Of a stretch of 64,000 nt of DNA, positions 37,688-47,892 are shown one piece after another (positions within the stretch are counted from its first letter, which is position 1; the number at the start of each line of letters is the position of its first letter). Source of the DNA: Hormiphora californensis. Taxonomy: Eukaryota; Animalia; Ctenophora. The notes under the pieces are model-generated. The model ran no database searches. It had not been told where the DNA came from and saw only the letters and a program-made list of their open reading frames with translations. The stretch is taken from positions 1 through 64,000 of the forward strand of contig CM035361.1 of NCBI GenBank assembly GCA_020137815.1. Direction: 5' to 3'. Position numbers and translations under genes: made by a program.

Positions 37688-38420
37688 TTGGTGACATTGA
37701 CACCTAGTGCGTGCGAGATCGAGCTCAATCTTGGTCGCGCACGGTGTCTTTGGGGGACCACATACAGCACTGTACTGAAATTCGCACCGCCGTATGTGGT
37801 GCCTCTAACTTCAGTTCTCACTAGCACATATAACACTTTCGGTGCAAACTCCAGTACGCACTGCCGTATGTGGTGCCTCTTACTGATAAATATCGGTGGG
37901 ACTATCAGTACACAATCTCACGTGAGCTTAGCTCAGAAAAGATCAGTACGGTGCTGTATGTGCTCTTCGTACTGAACTGAAAGGTCACGTGGGGGTCACG
38001 TGCGCGCACTAGCCAATGACAGACCTGCATCTCACAATACACACACACACACCCACACCACAGCAACCAATAAGAGGCGCACGCACTCTCACTACGATAG
38101 AAAGGGCCACACCTAGAACAAGGGCGAGATTATCCGACATATCGAGAAAATATGTGCTGCAATCGGGAAAGATAAGAGAGAGATAAGTGGAGAGAAACAT
38201 AACAAGAGAGATAAAAGGAGGTAGAGAGAGTTCGGTATTAGTGAGAGGAAGATATTTCACAAAAAAATTACGTGTTTTTAGCTTATTTTGAAGGTTTTTT
38301 ATTGATTGTTCAGTAAGAGGCACCACATACACTCACTGTACTGAAGTTTCCACCGACAGTATGTGGTGCGACGTTCTGGAGTTCGCACCGGTGCTGTATG
38401 CGGTCCCCCTTTGTCACCAA
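37688..38420. mobile_element. Short TTGGTGACA-ended element (9-bp TSD gtctagaca) containing a GGGGGACCACATACAGCAC MITE (37751-38409, TTT TSD)
   Basis: TIRs and TSDs; relatives at 57523-58348 and ~59423-60076. Confidence 0.75.
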
Positions 38421-38881
38421 GTCTAGACACTCACACACACACAAGCGAACTATTGGGGCTAATTATAAAGTAGAGAGATAACGAATGCCAATGTCTTTCT
38501 TGTTTCTCTCTTGTGTTAATCTATACACACTCCCTATCCCTAAATTTCTTCTTCCTTAATCAACAGTGTGTTACACAGTACACACATACACACATAAGAA
38601 AGGATTTCACACCTTTTTTGAATGAATTCTTGTGTGTAATAAACTACACTTTTGGAGCGTGTGATATGAGATTTATCACCTCGGATGCCCGAATAGTAGA
38701 GTCGATAACTACATCGACCTCTCCCAATTGTTCCAGTTTTTGTCACATCTGTTTGGAGCCTCGACACGACCTCTAAACAGGTGTTACTTTTTCACAAACT
38801 GTTTTCATCTTGGTGTAATCAGCATTTGAAATGTTGCTGATCATAACAAAAACCTAACTATTTTTTTTCAACTTGGGGTAA

Positions 38882-39225
38882 TGGTGTAGTTATGCCTCCG
38901 ACATCATCGGGATACGCGTGTTGGTGTGTGTTTTATCTGTGCGTGTGTGTGTTAGTTGTCATAGAGACGGACCCTGTGCTGCGCGAGATTGTAATGAAAG
39001 CACAGCATTCAGCGCGCGGCGCATCACACGAGGTATGCGCCGCGCAGTTCTCACGATATTTTCTGAAATGGTCCGAGTTTTTGAAACCCGAGAAATTTGT
39101 CAGTTCCTTTTTTACCACTTTACATTCACGAAACCAAGATCCGTGTTTTAAACTTCGTCTCAATCTAACTGGTGTACCCGGCTGCGGCAGCGCCCCCCAT
39201 TACCCCAAGTACCATCCTTACACCA
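38882..39225 (+). repeat. 5' LTR
   Basis: Direct repeat of 47893-48235. Confidence 0.93.
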
Positions 39226-39227
39226 AC

Positions 39228-39240
39228 TGGTGGCAGAGGA
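39228..39240 (+). promoter_or_regulatory. Primer-binding site, probably for initiator tRNA-Met
   Basis: TGGTGGCAGAGGA 2 nt after the LTR; one G:U difference from the complement of the animal tRNAi-Met 3' end (TGGTAGCAGAGGA). Confidence 0.7.
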
Positions 39241-39253
39241 AACATCAGCCAAT

Positions 39254-40736
39254 ATGTACACCAGATCCATGCGAAGGCAGGGTATCCAAGAGCCATTGCC
39301 GAGGATTGAAAGGAGTTTGTCCTATGATTTAGCAATCAGACGACCGATATCCATCAGCTCCCGACTTTCTACTATCAGCATAAGATCAATCACAGATGAG
39401 AATCTTGTACCACGACCGGCTCCAGAGATTAGCCCCCAAGCGAGGAATGCCTCTATCGAGAGATGGCGCGAACAGAGTCAACCGTCCATCTACAGTCGTG
39501 ATCGTGTGGCACATCCCAGAGAAGTGTATCAGCAACGTCGACCAAGTAGCCCGGAACAGAGTCAACTGTCCATCAACAGTCGTGATCGTGTGACACATCC
39601 CAGAAGAGTGCGTCAGCAACCTCGACCAAGCAGTCCAGAACAGAGTCAAGCGTCCATCTACAGTCGTGATCGTGTGGCACATCCCAGAGGAGTGCGTCGT
39701 CGACATCGATCAAGCAGCCCGGAGTCCTCCACAGAGAGCGAAAGATCCTCCCGTTACTCTAAGAAGAAGCACAGGACCAGTAAGCCTAAGTACGAGGGAG
39801 GAAAGAAAAAGTTTGACATCTTTCTGCGCCGTTTTAGACGTTACGTGAACCAGAAAAAGAGAAGAAACGATCTACATGAAGTTCTCCTGGATTGCATACT
39901 CTGCGACGACAAGTTCAGAATGATTGAGAGACTCCAATTCTCCGAGGAGGAAAAGAAAGACGTCGATAAGCTGATTGAGTATGTCCGATTCGCCACCCAG
40001 ACTGAGAGGCTCGCCCCCGAGGCATGTAGGGTAGAACTTACAACTATCCGACAGGGGGAATATGAGGAATACAACGATTTCCTCGAAAGAATCAGAGAAC
40101 TCGCCGAAGAGGCTTACTCGGAAGCGGATCCTATAGTCAGGCAAGATAGGATGAATTACCAGATGCTAAACTCTCTGCAAGATGGCCTATTCGACAGAGG
40201 AGTGGCCAAGACCATCTCGAAGTGGCGTGACGAAAACCCCAGAATCGACTTTGAAAGTGTAGCAGCAGCGGCACACAAGAAGCTAGTAAAGAACAAGATA
40301 TTCTTGCCTGAGAGAAAGAATCAGAAGTCTCTAAACGTCTACGCTATAGGAACGGCTGAGAGCAGTTCTAAACCCAGTACTGGTGCAAGTGACATTCCCA
40401 ACTGCACATTTTGTGGGAAGAGAGGCCACACTATCAACGAGTGCTTCCGGAAACAAACCTGCCAGCTATGTAACGAGAAGGGTCATACTGGACCCCGCTG
40501 CAGAAAGTTTACGATTCAGAGAAGGCACCAGATACCCAACGGAGCAGGGCACAATACCAGAAATAGGCAGCAAGCAGAATCAGAAGAAGGACTTAACCTG
40601 TTGGAACTGCAATGAAGAGGGCCACGTCAAGAGATATTGTCCCAAGCCGATCAGTGACCAGACACCACAAGGGAAGCAGTTAAACGGCCAAGCGGTCGAG
40701 GCAGGAAGGCAAGCTCAGTTCCTCGGCCGCAAGTAG
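39254..40736 (+). CDS. gag: Gag with three CCHC knuckles; the third is in the +1 frame
   Basis: PKYEGG, RQGEYE..DFLERI, CTFCGKRGHTINEC, CQLCNEKGHTGPRC; CWNCNEEGHVKRYC in ORF 40383-40736. Confidence 0.85.
40679..40730 (+). promoter_or_regulatory. Probable -1 ribosomal frameshift signal (gag-pol)
   Basis: G TTA AAC, 6-nt spacer, stem gcggtcgagg/cctcggccgc; pol frame is -1 and open from 40658. Confidence 0.7.
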
Positions 40737-43700
40737 ATGCAGAGATCATGCCGCCGGGGGAGCGTGAAGGGGAGAAGAAGGTACGGGTGGCCGACCTCTC
40801 CATCCCGCCGGCACAGAAATCCTGGTATTCTCCTAACCAGGAACACGTGATACAGAATGATGACACTCAGACCACACCGATCTCAGGACAAGACCCTACT
40901 TGCCAGAAGGTGACCGTCCAGGATGACAAGTTGGTAAAGTGTACAGAACCAGCATCAAGACCGGATGAAACGGTTCCTAGTTCTGATCAAGAAAAGGAGA
41001 CACTGACGAAAAAGGCCACCCAGAAAAAGAAACGAGGCAAGAAAGTGAAGACACTCACCGCTGATGAAATCAAAAGATCGCAACAAGTTATTGTAGAGGG
41101 AGAGATTACACACTATAATGCGGCACCCTTCAGAGCCCGTTGTTTTCTAGACACAGGTTCACAGATTAACCTCATAAACTGGACCACAGTGTGTAAAATG
41201 GGACTCACTTCGAACGTCAACGAGACCATGCAGAATCTTCGTGATTTCGGAGGGAACTCCATACCGTGTAAGGGGACCATTATGGTGATGTTGAACATAG
41301 GAGGCCTATCCAAATGGCACTCTTTTGCCGTCTGTGAGGGATTGGACACAGACCTGTTGTTAGGAGATCCATTCTTCACAGGACAAGTTGTGATCGATTA
41401 TATAAACGGTGAGCTGAGAATCGAAGGAGCAGATCCAGTTCCGTTTCAACCAAGACCAACCAGTACAGACAAGGTGCACCAGATAAAGTACACAGAAACA
41501 ACATGTATACCACCACATACGATGGTATTTGTGTCGGGGTCCCTAGCAGAAACCCCTACAGGGTCTATTGGACTAATCTCTCCTGACCTAACCAGAGGAC
41601 AAAACGATGTCTATGTTGCAGAAGCTATCGCCGAGGCAAGTGATGAGAAAGTTGTTTTGAAAGTCCTCAACATGACAGGAAACGAAGTTGAGTTGAAGCA
41701 AGGAAGTAGAGCGGCAAAGTTTAGTCCCGTTCCTGATTACGATCCTCATGCCGGAATCAAGTGGGAAGACAGATGCGCCATTGGTTCTGAAGTACCCGAG
41801 AAGGAGAGATGGACCAAAGAAGAGCTCTTTGAGCGTTTGAGTGTAGATGTTGCCATAAGGAACCTGACCGATCTCCAAGCACACGAGTTGAAAGACATTT
41901 TGTGGGAGCATCGACACTGCTTTAGCTATGACGATTACGATTTGGGTTCCTGCACAATGTACACAGCTAAGATCAGGCTAAAAGAGGGTGCAGAGCCGCA
42001 GTGGACACCACCGTTCCCATGTCCATATAAACTGGAGGACGAAATGCAAAGGAATATTGATGAGATGGTACGTACAGGAGTAGTCGAAGTACTGCCAGAG
42101 CGATCTGACTGGAACTCTCCGACATTTCTCGTCAAAAAGAAGACTCCTCCTGGGCAGCCACAACGTTATCGAATCGTAGCGGATTTGAGGAACGTCAACA
42201 AGGTCTCTCTTCCATCCAACTTCCCACTGGCACATCTAGACCACGTACTAGACAAGATTGGAAAGGACACAATCTTTTCCTCTTTCGACTTGTCACGCGG
42301 CTATTGGCAGCTACCATACGATGAAGCTTCAAAGCAGATAACAGCATTTCTCTACAAAAACACCCAATATGCATACGCCAAAACTGTGATGGGACATCGA
42401 TCAAGTGGACCGTCATTTTGTGACATGATGTCCAGGCTCCTTGGATCGTTGCCGATAGAGCAAGTAGTCCAGTTTGTTGATGATCTACTTCTATCATCGT
42501 CGACTGTCAAAGATCATCTTGACCGACTACAAAGGCTCTTGTCTAGGCTGAAGAGTGCAAATTTGAAGGTTTCGCCAGATAAGTCTCAACTTCTACGACA
42601 AGCAGTGGACTTCGTCGGTGTTCGAGTCAGCGGAGGAGGTATCCAGATCACTGAAAGCAGAGTAGCCGATCTCCTCGCTCTACGAGAACCCCGATCCAGA
42701 AAGGAAATTCAGCAAGTGATGGGCGCTATGAACTATGTTCGCAAGTGGATACCTAACTACAGCGCCATTAGCAAACCCATACACGCAGCCTTGCGTGGAG
42801 GTAAAGATAAGAAGTTTCACTGGACTGAGAAATGCAAGGAGGCGTATGAGGAACTGAAACGACTAATTGCCAAAACCACTCAACTGGCAATACCGGATCC
42901 ATCTGACCCTTACAACTCCTATCAAGTTACGATTGACGCATCGATCCACGGTCTGGGTGCGTCTTTGTCCCAAGAACTTGACACTGCTGATGGAGGACGA
43001 GAACGAAGAATAGTCGCCTACTACAGCAAGGCAGTTCCAGAGTACAAGAAACCTAGGGGTCAAACAAGACTTGAGTTTGAAGCCATGTGTGCAGCGCTTG
43101 AACATTGGAAGATATACCTGTACAACACGAAGGAATTTGTTCTCATCACGGACTGCTTATCGCTAGTAAAAGCAGAAGGAACGCTCTTCACACATCCGGA
43201 CGCAGCTGTACTAAACAAGATCCAGAAACTTGCGGAGTTCAACTTTATCTTACGCCATGTGAATGGAGTAGATAACGAAGTTTGTGATTGGCTTTCAAGA
43301 TTCCCCTCCCCACCGATCTTCAGTGAGGCTCAAACCCAAACACCAGTGGAGCCAGATCTTCTGAAGATGCAGACGACAGATCCAGATCTTCCGAAGATGC
43401 AGACTGCAGCTCCAGATCTTCAAGAGATGCAGACGACAGATCCGGATCCTCCAAAGGTACAGAATAAAGATCCAGACCCCTCAAAGGTTCAGACGATCAC
43501 ATCAGTCCCTCTGGAGACTCAACAACACCAGGCTGTCATTGTCGATTTCTTACCGTGCAAAGAATCAAAGGGATTAGAGAGATTCCTGCAGCAGAAAGGG
43601 TTCAGTGTAAGAACCATAGTCGGCAGTACACAAGAAGGACCTAGTTGTGGATACATCGCAGCGAAGGTCGTGGCCAAGATGATCTCCACCCCAGATTGCT

Positions 43701-46273
43701 TCGATGAACGGGTGCAGTTTGATGATTGTACCTACAGTGGAGATCCAGAAGATGACATGGTGGTTACAGGTAACGCCGCCTTGGGCAAACCTAATGAACA
43801 TCATCAGGAACCATCTTTCCTTACTGCCGAGGAGTGTCTACAGTTGATATCGGTATACTTGAAGAAGTACCATTCCATAGACATCCCTGTCAACAGATTG
43901 TGCTCCCAGGCAAACGTCGAAGATGCCATCAGCTTATCCACCTTCAGGTTCAAGACCCTTGAACACGTCAAGAACCGAGATGGAAAGAAGTTCTTCATCG
44001 TCAATAGCTCAGATGACGGTGGCATCCATTGGTTTGCAGTGGCCTTAGGACAAATCATGCAGCAGAAAACAGAACCGTCAGAGGAACCGATCCAGGTAGC
44101 AGAACTAACAGATAACCAGAGTCGCATTTCTAGCGAGGTTATCGATGGAGTTACATCACCTGAAATGGAACCAAAGACTGCAGAATCGTACCAACCTCGT
44201 ACAGTTGGATATGACCCCACAAACTCCAGTGACACAGACTCAGAGACATCTTCGTCTGTCCAGGAAGACCGCAGCTCTAGCGATCTGGACGATAAAGACA
44301 GCAGTATGTCCCTGAGCAGCACGTCAGATACAGCATATTCGTCATGTGAAGAGTCAAAAGCCGTAGAGTACATCTTTGTAGTGAAGAGCACTCAGTATCC
44401 GGAAACAAGCTTCGTGACAGAGTTCGCTGATATCGAGAATGGAGAAGACATCTCATCACGTTCCGGTGAAAAGAGATTGGGAAGTTCAGACAAAGTCAAG
44501 GATGCGCATCCGGATGATAATATTGTTAGTCTGCTGAAGTCAGACTGTCTGAACAGAGGAGTATCAGACTCAACTGAAGACCACATTCACCCTTGTATTT
44601 GTGGAGAAGATGCTGTCCCTGAAGAAATTCTGGAAGTAGCGGCTATACATAACCTCGGGATTGATCACCCTGCGGGTAAGAGCTGGCCAGAATGGGAAGA
44701 GGCACAAGAGTCAGATGATATCCTGAAGATAGTAAGAACGTGGGTCAAAAAAGGTTCGAGAGGTGTGGTACAAGCTAACCGAGCTCCTCCCGATCTAGAT
44801 TCGTTGTGGAGACAGTTTCCATTGCTGCGAATAGAAGATGGTGTCCTGCAGAGACGCTGGAAAGACCTAAAGACAGAGGACATTTTGTGGCCAATTGTCA
44901 TTCCATGGAAGTACAGAGAAGAACTCATAACGAGAGCACATGAGGTCACAACAGGCCACGGAGGGATCCAAACAACCCTCAACAGCCTGCGACGACTATT
45001 CTATTGGCCGAGAATGGAATCACATGTCAAATCCACGGTACAAGCTTGTCTAGTTTGTGCAGCAGTCAATCAACCACGAAAGAAATACCAGGCTGACATG
45101 AGCGAATTTATTTGCCATGAGTTCAATGCAGTGTTGGTGATTGATCACATTGAACCGGAGAAGAAAGGAGCAACCAAGAACGGATTCTCTTCAATTCTAA
45201 CCATGACAGACAGTTTCAGTAATTACCTTGTTGCTGTCCCTACCGTTACTCAAACAAGCCTGGAAAACCGACAACTGATCGAGAAACACTGGATCAATCG
45301 ATTCGGATACCCACGTGAAATAGTGTGTGATCAACATCAGGGTTTCAAAGGTGCTATGTTCAAAGAATACTTTGAGGTGTACGCTGGTATCAAAGTAATT
45401 GCAGGTCAGCCCTATCTGGCTCGTAGCACTGGCCGAGCTGAATCCAGTAACAAACGAGTCGATGATATTCTACGGAAGATATTGTTTGTGGAGTACCCGC
45501 AAGACTGGGACGAGTTTCTGAGCGATGCAGTATTTGTCCTTAACAATTTGAAAAATAGAAGGACAGGTTACACTCCATTCCGACTTGTCCACGGGTTTGA
45601 GGCAAATATCCCAGAAACTATCCGGATGAAACAACTTGCCAGGACCAGAGTCCCGCAAGGAGCAAACATCCATGCCAAAGTACACGAGATGGCCAAGCAG
45701 AGGAAGGAGCTGATTTGGAAAGTACGCCAGAATGCTAACAGAGATTTCGGGTACGCCAGAAAACAGCACAACAAGAGACTCAACGACCCTGAGTTATCGA
45801 TAGGAGACCAGGTGATGATTCGAATTCCGTGTCCAGAGCACAAGTTCTCTCCTAAATACATTGGTCCAATCCAAATCAAAGAAGTTATCAGCCCCTACCT
45901 GTACCGTATCCATCACAACGGGAAAGACAAGGTCGTTGCTGTGTCCAAACTCAAATTGTTCAGACGCAACAGTGCTTCTCTTGATCCAGAACAAGACCCA
46001 GAGTCAAACAGTGCCGATGAATCACCTCCAGACACCATGTCAGTAGAACCCAGTGACGTGGATGAACCTGAACTGAACCAATCTGAGCAAGAAGAAGTGA
46101 GATCTGTTGAAGATAACCAAGAAGAAGTGAGATCCGTTGAAGATGAAGAACTGCAGCCCCAGATACCACCACCACAGCAAACAGATGACCGAGAGGAAAG
46201 ACTGGAACCCGAGTGGAGGGGACGATTACGCTCCACAGTAACCGGAGTGAAACGATTTGCAGCTCAGTTATAA
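40682..46273 (+). CDS. pol: Pol polyprotein: aspartic protease, dUTPase-like region, RT, RNase H, inserted cysteine-protease-like domain, integrase
   Basis: FLDTGS; WNSPTFLV, FDLSRGYWQ, FVDD; IDAS/LEF/ITDC/CDWLSR; H-H-C-C plus D-D-E; uninterrupted ORF (1841 aa from ATG 40748). Confidence 0.95.
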   Translation, partial: KRPSGRGRKASSVPRPQVDAEIMPPGEREGEKKVRVADLSIPPAQKSWYSPNQEHVIQNDDTQTTPISGQDPTCQKVTVQDDKLVKCTEPASRPDETVPSSDQEKETLTKKATQKKKRGKKVKTLTADEIKRSQQVIVEGEITHYNAAPFRARCFLDTGSQINLINWTTVCKMGLTSNVNETMQNLRDFGGNSIPCKGTIMVMLNIGGLSKWHSFAVCEGLDTDLLLGDPFFTGQVVIDYINGELRIEGADPVPFQPRPTSTDKVHQIKYTETTCIPPHTMVFVSGSLAETPTGSIGLISPDLTRGQNDVYVAEAIAEASDEKVVLKVLNMTGNEVELKQGSRAAKFSPVPDYDPHAGIKWEDRCAIGSEVPEKERWTKEELFERLSVDVAIRNLTDLQAHELKDILWEHRHCFSYDDYDLGSCTMYTAKIRLKEGAEPQWTPPFPCPYKLEDEMQRNIDEMVRTGVVEVLPERSDWNSPTFLVKKKTPPGQPQRYRIVADLRNVNKVSLPSNFPLAHLDHVLDKIGKDTIFSSFDLSRGYWQLPYDEASKQITAFLYKNTQYAYAKTVMGHRSSGPSFCDMMSRLLGSLPIEQVVQFVDDLLLSSSTVKDHLDRLQRLLSRLKSANLKVSPDKSQLLRQAVDFVGVRVSGGGIQITESRVADLLALREPRSRKEIQQVMGAMNYVRKWIPNYSAISKPIHAALRGGKDKKFHWTEKCKEAYEELKRLIAKTTQLAIPDPSDPYNSYQVTIDASIHGLGASLSQELDTADGGRERRIVAYYSKAVPEYKKPRGQTRLEFEAMCAALEHWKIYLYNTKEFVLITDCLSLVKAEGTLFTHPDAAVLNKIQKLAEFNFILRHVNGVDNEVCDWLSRFPSPPIFSEAQTQTPVEPDLLKMQTTDPDLPKMQTAAPDLQEMQTTDPDPPKVQNKDPDPSKVQTITSVPLETQQHQAVIVDFLPCKESKGLERFLQQKGFSVRTIVGSTQEGPSCGYIAAKVVAKMISTPDCFDERVQFDDCTYSGDPEDDMVVTGNAALGKPNEHHQEPSFLTAEECLQLISVYLKKYHSIDIPVNRLCSQANVEDAISLSTFRFKTLEHVKNRDGKKFFIVNSSDDGGIHWFAVALGQIMQQKTEPSEEPIQVAELTDNQSRISSEVIDGVTSPEMEPKTAESYQPRTVGYDPTNSSDTDSETSSSVQEDRSSSDLDDKDSSMSLSSTSDTAYSSCEESKAVEYIFVVKSTQYPETSFVTEFADIENGEDISSRSGEKRLGSSDKVKDAHPDDNIVSLLKSDCLNRGVSDSTEDHIHPCICGEDAVPEEILEVAAIHNLGIDHPAGKSWPEWEEAQESDDILKIVRTWVKKGSRGVVQANRAPPDLDSLWRQFPLLRIEDGVLQRRWKDLKTEDILWPIVIPWKYREELITRAHEVTTGHGGIQTTLNSLRRLFYWPRMESHVKSTVQACLVCAAVNQPRKKYQADMSEFICHEFNAVLVIDHIEPEKKGATKNGFSSILTMTDSFSNYLVAVPTVTQTSLENRQLIEKHWINRFGYPREIVCDQHQGFKGAMFKEYFEVYAGIKVIAGQPYLARSTGRAESSNKRVDDILRKILFVEYPQDWDEFLSDAVFVLNNLKNRRTGYTPFRLVHGFEANIPETIRMKQLARTRVPQGANIHAKVHEMAKQRKELIWKVRQNANRDFGYARKQHNKRLNDPELSIGDQVMIRIPCPEHKFSPKYIGPIQIKEVISPYLYRIHHNGKDKVVAVSKLKLFRRNSASLDPEQDPESNSADESPPDTMSVEPSDVDEPELNQSEQEEVRSVEDNQEEVRSVEDEELQPQIPPPQQTDDREERLEPEWRGRLRSTVTGVKRFAAQL

Positions 46274-46570
46274 CCGTTACCACTGACCTTGATCAAGCCC
46301 TATCTGATGTTATGTATAACATTTGCTGGCCAGCTGGATTTGTCTTGATATAGTCACCTGGCACCTGTTTTGGGGTCCTGAATTCCCCAGTACTGCCTGT
46401 CAACTAGCGGCGAATAACTTGCTGTCATTCCTGATTTCCCCTCTATTCCTCGTCCCAACACCACTGCTACTAGGGCTGAATATCTTCAACTCTCCATTGA
46501 GGACCATTTGCTCCAGAAAGCTAAGGTCTGAGAGAGACTCTCACGGCCTACCCTCTACATCCCCACTAAT

Positions 46571-47041
46571 AGTTGAGTGTACTCAACACCCCGTTAAAAT
46601 CTTGGATTTAAACTCATGTTTAAACTCCTGGATTTAAATTCCACAATCCCCAACCAGTTGAGAGTTCTCAACAACACACCACACTTCGCTTTGAATACAT
46701 AATTCACTAACAGTTGAGCTTTCTCAACACCCCATTTTGATCCTGAAATTCACCCCGCTAAAATCTTGGATTTCAGATCCCTGATTTAAATTCTAAAGTT
46801 CACTAGTTGAGCCTTCTCAACATCTCATTTTGATCCTGAAATTCACCCTGCAAAAATCCTGGATTTATAATCCTTGGTTTAAATTCTAAAATTCATCAGT
46901 TGAGTTTCCTCAACACCACATCGACACCTCCTCAACACCACATTTGGATCCGGTAATTCTCCCAAGTTCACCCATGTTCATTACGTTAAAATCCTCTTGG
47001 ATTTAAATATTTATACACACCCAAGTTGAGTATTCTCAACA
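46571..47041 (+). repeat. Array of six AGTTGAG-N4-CTCAACA hairpins in the Gypsy 3' UTR
   Basis: Stems start at 46572, 46657, 46713, 46806, 46899 and 47025. Confidence 0.9.
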
Positions 47042-47892
47042 CAACAACAACAACAGCACTATTGGCCTGTATCTGCTGATATATGCTTGGATGATCCAGA
47101 TACCGTTACTAGGCCGACACCTGATGAGGAGGTTAAATGTGCTACCCAACAATATGCCATAATACCAATCCGCGATACCGGTAAACAGTTCCTGAGAGCA
47201 GAGGTACTATTTTGGCTTCCTTGAGAGACCTGGTGAGGTGAAGAGGAGCAGTGATTTATTGTCGGAGATCAGTGGTGGACAGGGAGCAGTTGGTACTGGA
47301 GTGCGATGCCCCTGAGATACTAGCTCGAGGAGATGGAACATACTGGTATTTGGCCCAGTTGATTTGACATGTGTTTTAATACAGATTAACACAGACTCTA
47401 TGCGTGTGTATATCCACGTAGTGTAAACATTTTAATGACCCAGGTTTTTATCAATCCACGGGTATGTTCGAGTCCGGTTTTTAATATTTTAATCCCAGTA
47501 TTTTATAGTAATTTATTTTTACGGCTCATGGTGTGGTTTATCCTATTTCACACGTGTGTTTTTAACCATTTTTATATGTTTTTATCCCAGGAATTTTGTA
47601 GGAATTGAAGAATCACCCTGTATACAGTATTATTGCCTAATATCACATGTGTATCTTTTCATTTTCATTCATTTCCATCTCATACACCCCTGCGTAGACG
47701 TCATTTCCCTCAGTCACATTACGTGTCACCCTCCCACGTGTGTTTTTATACCCTTTATATCCTAGCCCGAGTTCTTCCTGAGTGTGTTCGTACAGTGATG
47801 GTGTCGTTATGGTTCACCCCCCCTGGGGCAGTGGCGGCCCCCCGATCATTCCATTGGAATTGGTCGGGGAGCCGAAATTGTACTTGGGTGGA

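Noticed and set aside
46571-47041. CRISPR array
   Set aside because: Spacers are homologous to each other and irregular in length, there are no cas genes, and the context is a eukaryotic retroelement
47060-47200. Hammerhead ribozyme (CTGATGAG at 47121)
   Set aside because: No correctly placed GAAA or stems II/III could be built
46274-47892. env or antisense ORF in the Gypsy 3' region
   Set aside because: Only short ORFs with no recognisable motifs; a spliced gene cannot be excluded
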